Of a stretch of 64,000 nucleotides of DNA, positions 30,567-40,195 are shown piece by piece. A program made the translations under genes and the position numbers. Source of the stretch: an uncultured Acidobacteriota bacterium (GTDB taxonomy: Bacteria; Acidobacteriota; UBA6911); contig CAVRAD010000006.1 in assembly GCA_963718845.1 (NCBI GenBank), positions 343,815 to 407,814 on the forward strand, written 5' to 3'. A model generated the notes under the pieces. The model worked only from the letters and a program-made list of their open reading frames with translations, had not been told where the DNA came from and searched no databases. Every line of letters begins with the position of its first letter. The stretch's first letter is position 1.

Positions 30567-32270
30567 ATGAGCTTTCAAGAATTTAATCTTATCAAGCCTG
30601 TCTTGAAAGCCCTTGACGATGTGGGTTATGAAATCCCCACTCCAATTCAATCACAAATAATTCCGCTTGTGCTAATGGGCCGGGATGTTCTGGGGCAGGC
30701 ACAGACAGGCACGGGCAAGACCGCTGCATTTGCTTTGCCATTGTTGTCGCGAATTGATCTTAAAAGGCTTGAGCCTCAAGTCCTTGTGCTAGCGCCCACG
30801 CGCGAGCTGGCCATCCAGGTGGCTGAGGCTTTCCAACGCTATGCCTCACATCTGAAAGGATTTCATGTTCTGCCGGTCTACGGCGGACAGAGCTACGAAA
30901 TTCAGCTCAAGCAGCTCAAGCGGGGCGTGCACGTTGTCGTGGGAACGCCCGGCCGCATCATGGATCATATGCGCCGTAAGACTCTGAATCTGCAGGCAAT
31001 CACCTGCCTTGTACTGGATGAGGCCGATGAAATGCTGCGCATGGGCTTTATCGATGATGTAGAGTGGATTTTGGGGCAGACGCCTGCAGGCCGGCAAATC
31101 ACTCTGTTCTCGGCAACGATCCCTTCTGCAATCAAGCGCATTGCACAGAAGTATCTCAAGAATCCGATTGAGATAACCATTAAAGTACGTACGACAACGG
31201 CCGACACTATCCGGCACCGCTTCTGGATGGTCGATGGCATGCACAAGCTTGATGCGCTGACGCGGATACTTGAATCGGAGCCGTTTGACGGCATTATTAT
31301 TTTTGTGCGGACAAAAACCGCTACTGTCGAGCTGGCGGAAAAGCTTGAAGCCCGCGGGTATAACTGCGCGCCGCTCAATGGCGATATCCCTCAAAAAACG
31401 CGTGAGCGAACAATCGAACAGCTAAAATCAGGCAAGCTGGACATACTGGTCGCTACCGATGTGGCAGCCCGCGGGCTTGATGTGGACCGCATCAGTCATG
31501 TGATCAATTATGACATTCCCTATGATGCCGAATCTTACGTGCACCGCGTGGGTCGTACGGGCCGGGCCGGCCGCAGCGGAGATGCAATACTTTTTGTGGC
31601 ACCCCGCGAAAGACACATGCTCTCGGCGATCGAGAAGGGAACGCGCCAGAAGATCGACTTGATGAAGCTGCCGTCCACGGAAATGATCAACAATCAGCGC
31701 ATAGCTCGATTCAAGCAGAGTATTACCGATACGCTGGCAGCCGGCGACACTGACTATTTTTGCAGTCTTATGGACGAGTATTGCAGGGACCACAATGTGC
31801 CGGCGCTGGATGTTGCGGCTGCGCTTGCCAGAATGCTGCAGGGAAACAAGCCCCTGCTGCTGACGGACAAGCCGAAAAGGCATGAGCCGGCGCTTGAGGA
31901 TAGGCCGCACAAAGAAAAACCTCGCGCCAAACGAATCTCGTCAAAGAACACGGTCAAAGCTGGAATGGAACGATTTAGCATCGAAGTAGGTCATAGTCAT
32001 GGCGTCAAGCCTGCAAATATTGTCGGCGCCATCCTTAACGAAGCGGGTTTGTCCAGCGAGCACATTGGGCAGATTAAAATCCACGACGAGTACAGCACCG
32101 TCGACCTGCCGGAAGGAATGCCGAAGGATATTTTTAATCTACTGAAAAAAGTCTGGGTATCAGGACGGCAACTGGAAATATCCCGGCTGGATAGTGGCGG
32201 AGAAGACATCCGTCTGCACGGAAAGAAGCGAGAGGCTAGAACTAAAAAGAAAGGCCTTCGGGAGGTATAA
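30567..32270 (+). CDS. DEAD-box ATP-dependent RNA helicase (DeaD/CsdA-like with a DbpA-type C-terminal RNA-binding domain)
   Basis: GGAGGAatataATG at 30567. Motifs present: Q motif FNL..GYEIPTPIQ, AQTGTGKT, VLDEADEML, FSAT and HRVGRTGRAG. The C-terminus reads FSIEVGHSHGVKPANIVGAI...VDLPEGM. Confidence 0.9.
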   Translation: MSFQEFNLIKPVLKALDDVGYEIPTPIQSQIIPLVLMGRDVLGQAQTGTGKTAAFALPLLSRIDLKRLEPQVLVLAPTRELAIQVAEAFQRYASHLKGFHVLPVYGGQSYEIQLKQLKRGVHVVVGTPGRIMDHMRRKTLNLQAITCLVLDEADEMLRMGFIDDVEWILGQTPAGRQITLFSATIPSAIKRIAQKYLKNPIEITIKVRTTTADTIRHRFWMVDGMHKLDALTRILESEPFDGIIIFVRTKTATVELAEKLEARGYNCAPLNGDIPQKTRERTIEQLKSGKLDILVATDVAARGLDVDRISHVINYDIPYDAESYVHRVGRTGRAGRSGDAILFVAPRERHMLSAIEKGTRQKIDLMKLPSTEMINNQRIARFKQSITDTLAAGDTDYFCSLMDEYCRDHNVPALDVAAALARMLQGNKPLLLTDKPKRHEPALEDRPHKEKPRAKRISSKNTVKAGMERFSIEVGHSHGVKPANIVGAILNEAGLSSEHIGQIKIHDEYSTVDLPEGMPKDIFNLLKKVWVSGRQLEISRLDSGGEDIRLHGKKREARTKKKGLREV

Positions 32271-32414
32271 CCCTAAATGATTGAACCTCCGGCGCCGATA
32301 ACACCTGCTTGAGCATGAACAAAGAACTCTACCGCAACTCATCCACGGGGCAGATGCCTGCTGAGAGGCGATCCAGAACGGATCGCAGAGGCGAGGCATC
32401 CATTCTGGGCATTA

Positions 32415-32801
32415 TTGTCCAGCCGGCAGCGGCGAAGAAAAAGCCGTGGACGCCGGAAAACTGATAGGGCGGCATACGTTGATATTTACGATCCCCGGAC
32501 CTGGCGCATAGTCATCGCCATCCTGCTGCTTTCCTTGATGGATGCCCTCTTGACGGGATTGCACGTGATCCGAGGATCGGCCCGAGAGCTCAATCCAATC
32601 CTGAATGTCATCCTTGATTGGGGGGGCCTCCCCGCGTTCTACTGCGCCAAAGCTGCAATGACCATACTTCCCATCTCCATCATTCTGATCCACAAGGAGT
32701 GGACCCTCGCAAGATACGCAGCCCGGCTGGTGCTAGGGGCGTATGTCCTGCTTAGCTTCTACCACCTGTATCTGCTCTCAAAAATTCACAGTGTTGCTTA
32801 A
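32415..32801 (+). CDS. DUF5658-family small membrane protein
   Basis: An Arg-rich N-terminus is followed by LSLMDALLTGLHVIRGSARELNPIL and three TM segments. The real N-terminus may lie further upstream in another frame (see findings). Confidence 0.6.
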   Translation: MSSRQRRRKSRGRRKTDRAAYVDIYDPRTWRIVIAILLLSLMDALLTGLHVIRGSARELNPILNVILDWGGLPAFYCAKAAMTILPISIILIHKEWTLARYAARLVLGAYVLLSFYHLYLLSKIHSVA

Positions 32802-32890
32802 ACTAAGTGCCATTCGACCCCGACCCCGAACTGAATGGTTGAGGGGAATTTTGATTGGGTGCTAGTATACGCGTGCAGGAGAAAATAATA

Positions 32891-33760
32891 ATGAAAACGA
32901 CCCTTCGGCGCAGTGCACTTTATGTTCCCGGCGACAGCGAGAAAATGCTGCAGCGATCTGCCGGAGTCCCGGCGGATATTCTTCTTCTCAATCTCGAAGA
33001 CGGCGTGGCCTCGTCGCAGAAAATCGGCGCTCGAGGAAAGATTGTCGACGCACTCAAGAGCATACATTTCGGCGATCGTGAAACGGTGGTCCGCATCAAT
33101 CCCCCGGATAGCGATATCGGGCAGGCCGATCTTGCGGCCATTGTCCCCGCGCATCCTGAGGGCATTTGCCTGCCCAAGGTCGAAAAAGCGGAAGAAATTA
33201 ATGCCGCAGATGCCGCGATCCGAAAAATCGAAACTGCCCATAGTCTGCCCGAAGGGATCATCAAGCTGCATGCGATGATTGAATCCGCCGCAGGAGTGCT
33301 GCGCGCTGCCGAAATCGCTTCCGCCTCTCCCAGGATGGCCTCGCTTATTTTCGGATCGGCGGATTATGCCGCTGACGTTCGCTGTCGTCCGGGAGAAGAC
33401 CGTCTTGAAATATTGCTCGCTCTCCAAATGATAGTCGTTGCCGCCCGGTCCGCCGGAATCGATGCCATCGACGCGCCCTGTTTCGATGTCCGCAATTACG
33501 ATCTGCTGGCCAGGGAGTCTGCGCAGGCCCGCCGCCTGGGGTTTTCCGGAAAAAGCGCGCTGCATCCGGATCAGCTTGCCCTCATTCATCAGACCTTCGA
33601 TGTAACTCCCGAAGAAATTGCCTGGGCGGAACGCATCATTGCGGAACTCAATGAAGCCGACCGCAGAGGAAAGGCCCTTACGACGATCGACGGGAACTTG
33701 ATCGATAACCCCCATAGAGCTGCCGCAGAACGGATCCTCAACCGCAAAAAACAAAGCTGA
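32891..33760 (+). CDS. HpcH/HpaI aldolase / citrate lyase beta subunit-like (CitE-like acyl-CoA lyase)
   Basis: MKTTLRRSALYVPGDSEKM...ADILLLNLEDGV, VVRINP, ICLPKVE and LHAMIESA give the typical CitE pattern. caGGAGaaaataataATG at 32891. Confidence 0.8.
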   Translation: MKTTLRRSALYVPGDSEKMLQRSAGVPADILLLNLEDGVASSQKIGARGKIVDALKSIHFGDRETVVRINPPDSDIGQADLAAIVPAHPEGICLPKVEKAEEINAADAAIRKIETAHSLPEGIIKLHAMIESAAGVLRAAEIASASPRMASLIFGSADYAADVRCRPGEDRLEILLALQMIVVAARSAGIDAIDAPCFDVRNYDLLARESAQARRLGFSGKSALHPDQLALIHQTFDVTPEEIAWAERIIAELNEADRRGKALTTIDGNLIDNPHRAAAERILNRKKQS

Positions 33761-33873
33761 CCAGCGCGCAAGAAAGCTTTCGGCATGGTACACTATGCGT
33801 CTGCGTTACCAGGTGGCTGGAGGGCCGCCTGCGGGTATGCTCAGGAATTTTGTCAGGAGGCACTTTAGGTCAG

Positions 33874-34677
33874 ATGGAAAGATTCAAAGGAACGGACCGC
33901 TATATTCTCAGCGATGCGCTGAAGGAAATCGTCAACGCCGCGATCGTGCTTCAAAGGCCCTTGCTGTTGAAGGGAGAACCCGGAACCGGCAAAACCGAAC
34001 TCGCCCAGGTGATCGCCGAAGATCTTCAGTTGCGCCTGATCCGGTGGAACATCAAGTCGACATCCAAAGCTACAGACGGGCTGTACGTCTACGATACGGT
34101 GCAACGTCTGAACGACTCGCGTTTTCACGACAAGGATGTCTCGGACATCAAGCAATACATCAAGCTGGGGAAATTGGGCGAGGCGCTCCGTTCCGAAGAG
34201 CAGGTCGTGCTGCTCATCGACGAGATCGACAAGGCGGATCTGGAGTTCCCGAATGACCTGCTGTTTGAGCTGGACCAGATGAGCTTCGACATCGTGGAAA
34301 CGGGCGAGCATTTCAAAGCCAAACGCCGCCCGATCGTCGTGATCACCAGCAACAGCGAAAAAGAACTGCCGGACGCGTTTCTCCGGCGTTGCCTGTTTCA
34401 CTACATCGAATTTCCCGCTCCGGCCATGATGGAAAAGATCGCGCTGGTCCATTTCCCGAATCTGCGGCACACCCTGCTGTCTCAGATCGTCGCCAGGTTT
34501 TACTTCATTCGCCAAAAACACGATCTAAAGAAGCGGCCGTCCACCAGCGAACTCTTGGACTGGGTCCAGGTCATCGTTGCCGGAGGTATCAGCGAGCAGG
34601 AATTGAATAAGCGTCTGCCTTTTCTTGGCGTGCTGCTGAAAACGGAAGACGATGTTTCCAGGGTTTCTGTGCATTAG
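33874..34677 (+). CDS. MoxR-like AAA+ ATPase (AAA_5 type)
   Basis: Walker A LLKGEPGTGKTELA, Walker B VVLLIDEIDKAD, sensor region VVITSN and LPDAFLRRC. Confidence 0.85.
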   Translation: MERFKGTDRYILSDALKEIVNAAIVLQRPLLLKGEPGTGKTELAQVIAEDLQLRLIRWNIKSTSKATDGLYVYDTVQRLNDSRFHDKDVSDIKQYIKLGKLGEALRSEEQVVLLIDEIDKADLEFPNDLLFELDQMSFDIVETGEHFKAKRRPIVVITSNSEKELPDAFLRRCLFHYIEFPAPAMMEKIALVHFPNLRHTLLSQIVARFYFIRQKHDLKKRPSTSELLDWVQVIVAGGISEQELNKRLPFLGVLLKTEDDVSRVSVH

Positions 34678-34694
34678 CGCCGGGGAGTAGCGGG

Positions 34695-35864
34695 ATGTTT
34701 CTTAATCTATTCCATTCATTGAGACGGCGCGGTGTCTCCGTCACATTCAACGAATGGCTTCTTCTGCAGCAAGCCCTTTCCGAGAACCTGGCGGACAGCT
34801 CTCTGACGCGCTTCTACTATCTTGCGCGCGCCATCATGGTAAAAACCGAAGCGCATTTCGACAAGTTCGACCAGGCATTTCTGGAATGCTTCGGCCACAT
34901 AGAATCCAGCGATGAATTGCTCCGCGCCATCGAGGAACACCTGCTCCGCATGCCGCCTCTCGAACTGAGCGAAGAAGAGAAGCGGATGGTGGAGGCGTTG
35001 GACCTGGAAGAACTCCGGCGAAGGTTTCTGGATCAGCTGCAAAGCCAGGATGACCAGCCTCACGTCGGGGGGAATAAAGCCATTGGCGTTCGCGGCCGCT
35101 CGCCCTTTGGCGCATGGGGCTATCATCCGGCCGGCGTCCGGATCGGCCAGCACGAGAGCCGTCTTCGAAGCGCCATTCAAATTGCGGAAAAGCGCACCTT
35201 TAAAAATTATCGCGACGACCTGGCGCTCGATACACGCTCGATGAAAACAGCCCTCAGCTACATCCGCCAGGTTGTGCGCGAGGGGCCCAAGGACAGTCTT
35301 GACGTAGATAGCACCATCGATGCCACCTGCCGCAATGCCGGCGAACTGGAATTCATCTGGGACCGCGCGAAAAAGAAAAGAATCAAACTCATGCTTCTGA
35401 TGGATGCCGGTGGAACCATGACTCCGCACGCGGAACTTGTCAGCCGCCTGTTTTCAGCGGCCAAGGACATTGTCAAGGATCTGCAGTTCTATTACTTCCA
35501 CAACTGCATATACCAGGAGCTTTACACCGACATATCCCAGATGAAAGCCGTGTCCACGCGCAAAGTCCTGGACCAGACTCACCGAGACTACAAAGTCATT
35601 CTGGTCGGGGATGCCTACATGGCGCCCAGCGAACTGATGAGCCCCAATGGCGCGATCGACTACTGGTATCGCAACGACCGACCTGGTATCGAGTGGCTGA
35701 TTGATGTCCGCAAGAGATTCCGGAAGGTCATCTGGCTGAATCCGGAGCCCAATGCCTGGTGGCATTCGGTCCCTTCCACCCGCATGGTCCAGAAAATATT
35801 CCCCATGTTCGAGTTGACCCTGGAAGGCATGCGCGCCGGCGCACGAGCACTGATAAAGCAGTAG
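34695..35864 (+). CDS. VWA domain-containing CoxE-like protein
   Basis: N-terminus MFLNLFHSLRRRGVSVTFNEWLLLQQAL (CoxE-type) and a C-terminal VWA-like region (KLMLLMDAGGTM...VILVGDAYM). It is paired with the upstream MoxR ATPase. Confidence 0.75.
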   Translation: MFLNLFHSLRRRGVSVTFNEWLLLQQALSENLADSSLTRFYYLARAIMVKTEAHFDKFDQAFLECFGHIESSDELLRAIEEHLLRMPPLELSEEEKRMVEALDLEELRRRFLDQLQSQDDQPHVGGNKAIGVRGRSPFGAWGYHPAGVRIGQHESRLRSAIQIAEKRTFKNYRDDLALDTRSMKTALSYIRQVVREGPKDSLDVDSTIDATCRNAGELEFIWDRAKKKRIKLMLLMDAGGTMTPHAELVSRLFSAAKDIVKDLQFYYFHNCIYQELYTDISQMKAVSTRKVLDQTHRDYKVILVGDAYMAPSELMSPNGAIDYWYRNDRPGIEWLIDVRKRFRKVIWLNPEPNAWWHSVPSTRMVQKIFPMFELTLEGMRAGARALIKQ

Positions 35865-35984
35865 ATAGTCATTAGTCGTTAGTCGTTAGTCGGCGGTGGT
35901 GGACCGATAGCCGCAAAACTATCCTCTTATCCGGGCGATACAATAAAAGATACAGCACTGCCGACTAACGACTGCTGACTGCTA
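35863..35984. repeat. Hairpin array of TAGTCGT/CAGTCGG-type heptamers
   Basis: tagatagtcattagtcgttagtcgttagtcggc pairs with ctgccgactaacgactgctgactgcta. It sits between convergent genes, and the right arm overlaps the MaoC-like stop. Confidence 0.7.
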
Positions 35985-36818
35985 CGCTGCATTGGGCGCG
36001 ATGCGGAAAATGGCGGTGTAACGGATCGTTGCAAGACAACGGGTCGGGGCAAAGACGGCCAGGTCCAATACGATGAAATGATCTCCGTCGCGCTCGAACT
36101 TGTCGTAGACGCGGCCCCGGGTTTCAATTGCGCACTCTTCTTCCAGTGCGTGGAAATTCTGAATTTCGCTCGACACATCAACCCACGCAGGGATGCTATA
36201 ATTGCTAGCCAGTATTTGACCTGCCCTGCTTGCCAGCCACCCCGGATGCATAATCCTTTCGTAAAGAGGATGATGGTCCCGGATGGTTTTCCTGCAGTAC
36301 TGCCAATGGATATTCCATGTGAAATCTGAGGACAGCGGAGTGAGATATTCTCCGACCGGCAGGGACTCGAGGGAGATGAGACGGTGGAGTTTTGCGTGGC
36401 CGGGCGGATAATCATCAATCGATGGCTCAGAGGCGGGTTTGACTGGAGGCAATTTTGCGACTCCGACGCCGCATGTCACGCCCTGATTGGTGGAAGCCCT
36501 GTAATCAAGGGACAACGTCCCGTCGCCAGCGACGTCAGAAACGGATCCGCCAACGCGGATCTCCTCACCTTCATAGATCGGCCGCACGAAATGCACTTCA
36601 GCGGAGCCGCGCTCGAGCCAGTCCTTTCCCAGTAGATCTACCAAAGGGCGCGACATGCAGGCGAAAACGTACATGCCGGGAACCAGGCCCGCACGAAATC
36701 CATAGCGACGGGCATATTCGTCGTCTTGGATCCCGTTGTTGGAGTCGGAAATATCGATGGAAACTTTAACTCGATACTCCGGCAGCGACGCTCCAGCGCT
36801 ATACAGCATTTCTTGCAA
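35982..36818 (-). CDS. MaoC-like / double hot-dog fold dehydratase family protein
   Basis: 278-aa ORF with EYARRYGFRAGLVPGMYVF and VHFVRPIYEGEEIRVGGSV. The second half is also hot-dog-like (IETRGRVYDKFERDGDHFIVLDLAVF). Confidence 0.65.
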   Translation of the reverse strand: MQEMLYSAGASLPEYRVKVSIDISDSNNGIQDDEYARRYGFRAGLVPGMYVFACMSRPLVDLLGKDWLERGSAEVHFVRPIYEGEEIRVGGSVSDVAGDGTLSLDYRASTNQGVTCGVGVAKLPPVKPASEPSIDDYPPGHAKLHRLISLESLPVGEYLTPLSSDFTWNIHWQYCRKTIRDHHPLYERIMHPGWLASRAGQILASNYSIPAWVDVSSEIQNFHALEEECAIETRGRVYDKFERDGDHFIVLDLAVFAPTRCLATIRYTAIFRIAPNAA

Positions 36819-36924
36819 TCTCCAGTGCAGAGTGCAAAGCGAAATGATCCAATTTATATAAATAACAAAATATCACAAAAGGAGATATCCGTCAGGTTAG
36901 TTATATTAGAATAAATCTTTTGCT

Positions 36925-37052
36925 ATATCGCGATCGGAATCGGAATCGGTATCGCAATCGAGATCGCTATCGGGTTTCGGATTGATTTCCCGCTCTGACT
37001 ACAAAAAGATGATTGCGATTGGCGATACCGATTCCGATTCCGATTCCGAACA
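36925..37052. repeat. Hairpin array of ATCGNN hexamers
   Basis: tatcgcgatcggaatcggaatcggtatcgcaatcgagatcgctatcggg pairs with gattgcgattggcgataccgattccgattccgattccg. It occupies a divergent promoter region. Confidence 0.7.
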
Positions 37053-37093
37053 GTGAAGCGTGCCGTTACTTATTTTCATTTAGCGAGGATGTT

Positions 37094-37456
37094 ATGTCTA
37101 CTTTCGATGCCATCAAACCCGGACTTACTGCCGAACGTGTCGTAACCGTGGATGAGACGCTTTCCATCACCCACACCAAGATCCCCATGCTTTCGACTCC
37201 TAAGATGATCGACCTGATGGAGGGCGTATGCAAAGACCTGGTGCAGAGTCTGCTGCCTCCTGGATTCATCACAGTGGGGTATGAAGTTCACGTGAAACAC
37301 AAAGCGGCGGCTCCCATAGGGACACAGGTGAAGACGTGGTGCAAGGTATTGGAAGCGGATGGACGCAAGCTCCTATTCGAAGTTCGTGTTACGGCGGGGG
37401 ACACGGTCATTGGAGAGGGACAGCACCGCCGCACCATCATCCCGTATTCGGATTGA
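37094..37456 (+). CDS. Hot-dog fold thioesterase (FlK-like family)
   Basis: MSTFDAIKPGLTAERVVTVDE..STPKMIDLMEGVC...TVGYEVHVKHKAAAPIGTQV...DGRKLLFEV..IGEGQHRRTII. gaGGAtgttATG at 37094. Confidence 0.7.
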   Translation: MSTFDAIKPGLTAERVVTVDETLSITHTKIPMLSTPKMIDLMEGVCKDLVQSLLPPGFITVGYEVHVKHKAAAPIGTQVKTWCKVLEADGRKLLFEVRVTAGDTVIGEGQHRRTIIPYSD

Positions 37457-38905
37457 TCACTGACGATCGTCGATTGTCGAATGCCGACTAAAGAACAGGC
37501 TTGCAAAATAGCCAATCGCAAAGGTGATTGCTGTTCCGATCAAAACATACCATGTAAACGCGATCGAGCTGAAATACCAGATCGAAAGCATGGAAGCCAG
37601 CCCCACCGCCATTCCGAGAATGGAGCCTTTTGAGTTCGCCCTCTTGGTCAGCACGCCGAGAAAAAACACTCCAAGCATGCTTCCGTAGGTTATGGAGGCA
37701 ATGGTCAATCCCACCTCGAGGACGGACTTCACGCCACGGGACAAAATCGCGGGGATCAGGAGGATCGCTCCCCAAAATACCGTGATCCAGCGGGACAAGC
37801 GCAATTCGTCTTTTATGGAGAACTTCTTGCCAAAAAATGGCCGGAGGAAATCCACAACCGTCGTTGAAGACAGGGAATTCAGCGAACCGCTGAGAGTGGA
37901 CATTGCTGCCGCCAGGATAGCGGCCACCATAATTCCACGGATCCCATGAGGCAGGTATGTCAGGATGAAGGCCGGGAAAATCCTGTCTCTTTCTGCGGGC
38001 GGTATCTGTCCGGGATGATAGCTGAAGTAACTGAACAGCATGATGCCAATGAGCAGGAATAGTGCAAATTGCATGAAAATGATGACGCCGCTGGATAGAA
38101 GGGCTATCTTACTGTCTCTTTCGTTCTTGGCCGCAAGCAGGCGCTGCACAATCAACTGATCGACGCCGTGGCTTGCGATGTTAAGGAATGCCCCGCCGAT
38201 CACGCCTCCCCAGAAGGTATAAGGAATGCTGAAATCGAGGGAAAAGTCCCAGATCGTGAACTTGGAGCCCGCTGCGGCGATCACGCCATCCCAGCCATTC
38301 GGAATCATTCCAAGGATGACAAAGAAGGCAACCGCGGTGCAACCCAGGTAAATGAACAGCTGAATCACGTCGGTCCAAATGACGGCGGTCAAGCCTCCTT
38401 CGAAAGTGTAAATCATTGTCAGAATAAAGATGATTACGATGGACCAGATATCCCCAAAACCCAGGACCATGCCAATCACAATGGCAACCGCAAACATGCG
38501 CACGCCATCCGCCATTGCTCTGGTGACTAGAAACATGCTGGCCGTCGCATGCTTGGTGGTAGGTCCGAACCGCCGCTGTATCAGTTCATAGGCCGTGTAC
38601 ATCTCTCCTTTGAAATAGGCGGGAATGAATATGGCACAAACTACAATCCGCCCGATCAAGTACCCGATAACCAATTGAAGAAACGACATGTTTCCGGCAA
38701 AGGCGATTCCCGGGGTGCTGATTACTGTAAAAGTGCTTGTTTCCGTCGCGACAATCGAAAGGGAGAGCGCCCACGCCGGCGTTGTCTTTCCACCGAGGAA
38801 ATAGGTGTGAATGGACTGCTGCTTCTTGCGAAAATGGCTGCCGTACAGCGTGATGGCAATCAGATATGCGATGACGATGAACCCGTCCAGCCAGTTGAAT
38901 CCCAT
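37457..38905 (-). CDS. Sodium:solute symporter family transporter
   Basis: 482-aa intact polytopic membrane ORF with an SSF-type layout (GGKTTPAWALSLSIVATETS, WTDVIQ, GVDQLIVQRLLAAK). Confidence 0.8.
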   Translation of the reverse strand: MGFNWLDGFIVIAYLIAITLYGSHFRKKQQSIHTYFLGGKTTPAWALSLSIVATETSTFTVISTPGIAFAGNMSFLQLVIGYLIGRIVVCAIFIPAYFKGEMYTAYELIQRRFGPTTKHATASMFLVTRAMADGVRMFAVAIVIGMVLGFGDIWSIVIIFILTMIYTFEGGLTAVIWTDVIQLFIYLGCTAVAFFVILGMIPNGWDGVIAAAGSKFTIWDFSLDFSIPYTFWGGVIGGAFLNIASHGVDQLIVQRLLAAKNERDSKIALLSSGVIIFMQFALFLLIGIMLFSYFSYHPGQIPPAERDRIFPAFILTYLPHGIRGIMVAAILAAAMSTLSGSLNSLSSTTVVDFLRPFFGKKFSIKDELRLSRWITVFWGAILLIPAILSRGVKSVLEVGLTIASITYGSMLGVFFLGVLTKRANSKGSILGMAVGLASMLSIWYFSSIAFTWYVLIGTAITFAIGYFASLFFSRHSTIDDRQ

Positions 38906-39053
38906 GGGACACTCCGCTGAAAATGGTTCCCCATAGTACCCTAAAGATCCAAAGACTCAAAGGAATAGGAGGTATCTGCCAATTGCCTGAAAATGATATT
39001 CGTGCCGGCAGGGGTTGCATGTTACCCTAAGTGTTCCAATTCCAAACAAGGAG

Positions 39054-40165
39054 ATGTCAATAACCGTGAAGTCCCCAATAAAAATAACCCTCTCTGTTTT
39101 TCTATTGCTGTCAGCCGGATTATGTTTTCCGCAAACTCAACCGAAGGCCGAAGGCCGCCCTGCCGCGAGCGCTCCCGCGCCGGCTCAGGACGCCAATCCC
39201 CAGCCAAAGCCTGCGGAGGATGACGTAATCCCCCCCGCAGCGCCCAATGCCATTTTCCCCGCTGTTGTTGCCAGGGTAAACGGGAAGGCGATTCTGGGAC
39301 GGGATCTCGAAGAGTCGGATACGTCGTGAGTTAAGCTCCATCGGAAATCCGGAATGGAATAATCTCCGGGAAGATTATCGCGGCCAATTGGCTCTCAGCC
39401 AGCTTACGGCGCTGATTAATACAAGGCTGCTTTATCAGAAAGCCATCGCAAGCGGAACAAAGGTGACCGAGGCGGAAGTCCAGGCTGAGCTGGACAAAAT
39501 TGCGAAGAGCTATAAGAGCGATGCTGAAATGAACGCAGCCCTGGCCAGCCAGAACACGGATCGGGCCACGCTCCAAAAGAGCCTGTCTGAGTCTCTGGCG
39601 ATAGCGAAATTTGTCGATGAGGCCATCAATAAAAAGATTGTTGTGACTCCCGAAGAGTTGTCCAAGTTTTACACCGGCAATCCGACTCAGTTCAACCACC
39701 CCGATATCGTGCGCATCAGCCATATTCTGATACAGCCGGCGGGTGACACTCCGCAACAGGACGCCATCGCCCAGGAACGCGCGGAGGCGCTCCTGGCCCG
39801 CGTGAAGAAAGGGGAGGATTTTGCCAAACTGGCAAGGGAGAATTCCGTGGACGGGTCGGCTTCGCAGGGCGGAGATATTGGATTCACGAGCAAAAGATAA
39901 TATTGCTCCCGAGTATGCCGAGGCGGCATTTTCTCTTCCGGTGGGAAGCGTCAAACTGGTCAAGACTGAGTTCGGCTACCACATCATTAAAGTAACCGAC
40001 AAGAAGAAGGAAGGCCTGGCAACGCTGGAAGAAGTCAAACAGGAGCTTACGGATTTCCTGAAGAATCAAAAAGCCCAGGCGGAATTGGACAAACTGGTGA
40101 ACCAGCTTCGGGATAGCGCAAAGATAGAAATTTTGATACCGGCAGGTCAGCCGCTGACGCCCTAG
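39054..40165 (+). pseudogene. SurA/PrsA-like parvulin peptidyl-prolyl isomerase, with two frame breaks (about 39315 and 39892-39895)
   Basis: The signal peptide piece is ORF 39015-39329. The chaperone region plus the start of the parvulin domain (VRISHILIQP...KKGEDFAKLARENSVDGSASQGGDIGF) is ORF 39388-39900. The rest of the parvulin domain (APEYAEAAFSLPVGSVKLVKTEFGYHIIKV) is ORF 39821-40165. The second break lies in an A4 run. Confidence 0.8.
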
Positions 40166-40195
40166 CGGAGTTCTGTTGGGCAAAGCAGACCTGAT

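Noticed and set aside
30162-32270. 702-aa ORF as a genuine QueG-C-terminus/DEAD-box fusion protein
   Set aside because: The helicase has its own strong GGAGGA-ATG start at 30567. The upstream 135 codons belong to the frame-shifted queG, so read-through is more likely an indel consequence than a natural fusion. It is kept as a finding to verify.
32798-33793. 331-aa ORF on the minus strand covering the whole CitE-like gene
   Set aside because: It is a shadow ORF. It fully overlaps a plus-strand gene with clear family motifs. It has no recognisable motif or credible start context, and its Gly/Arg/Ser-rich composition is typical of antisense frames in GC-rich DNA.
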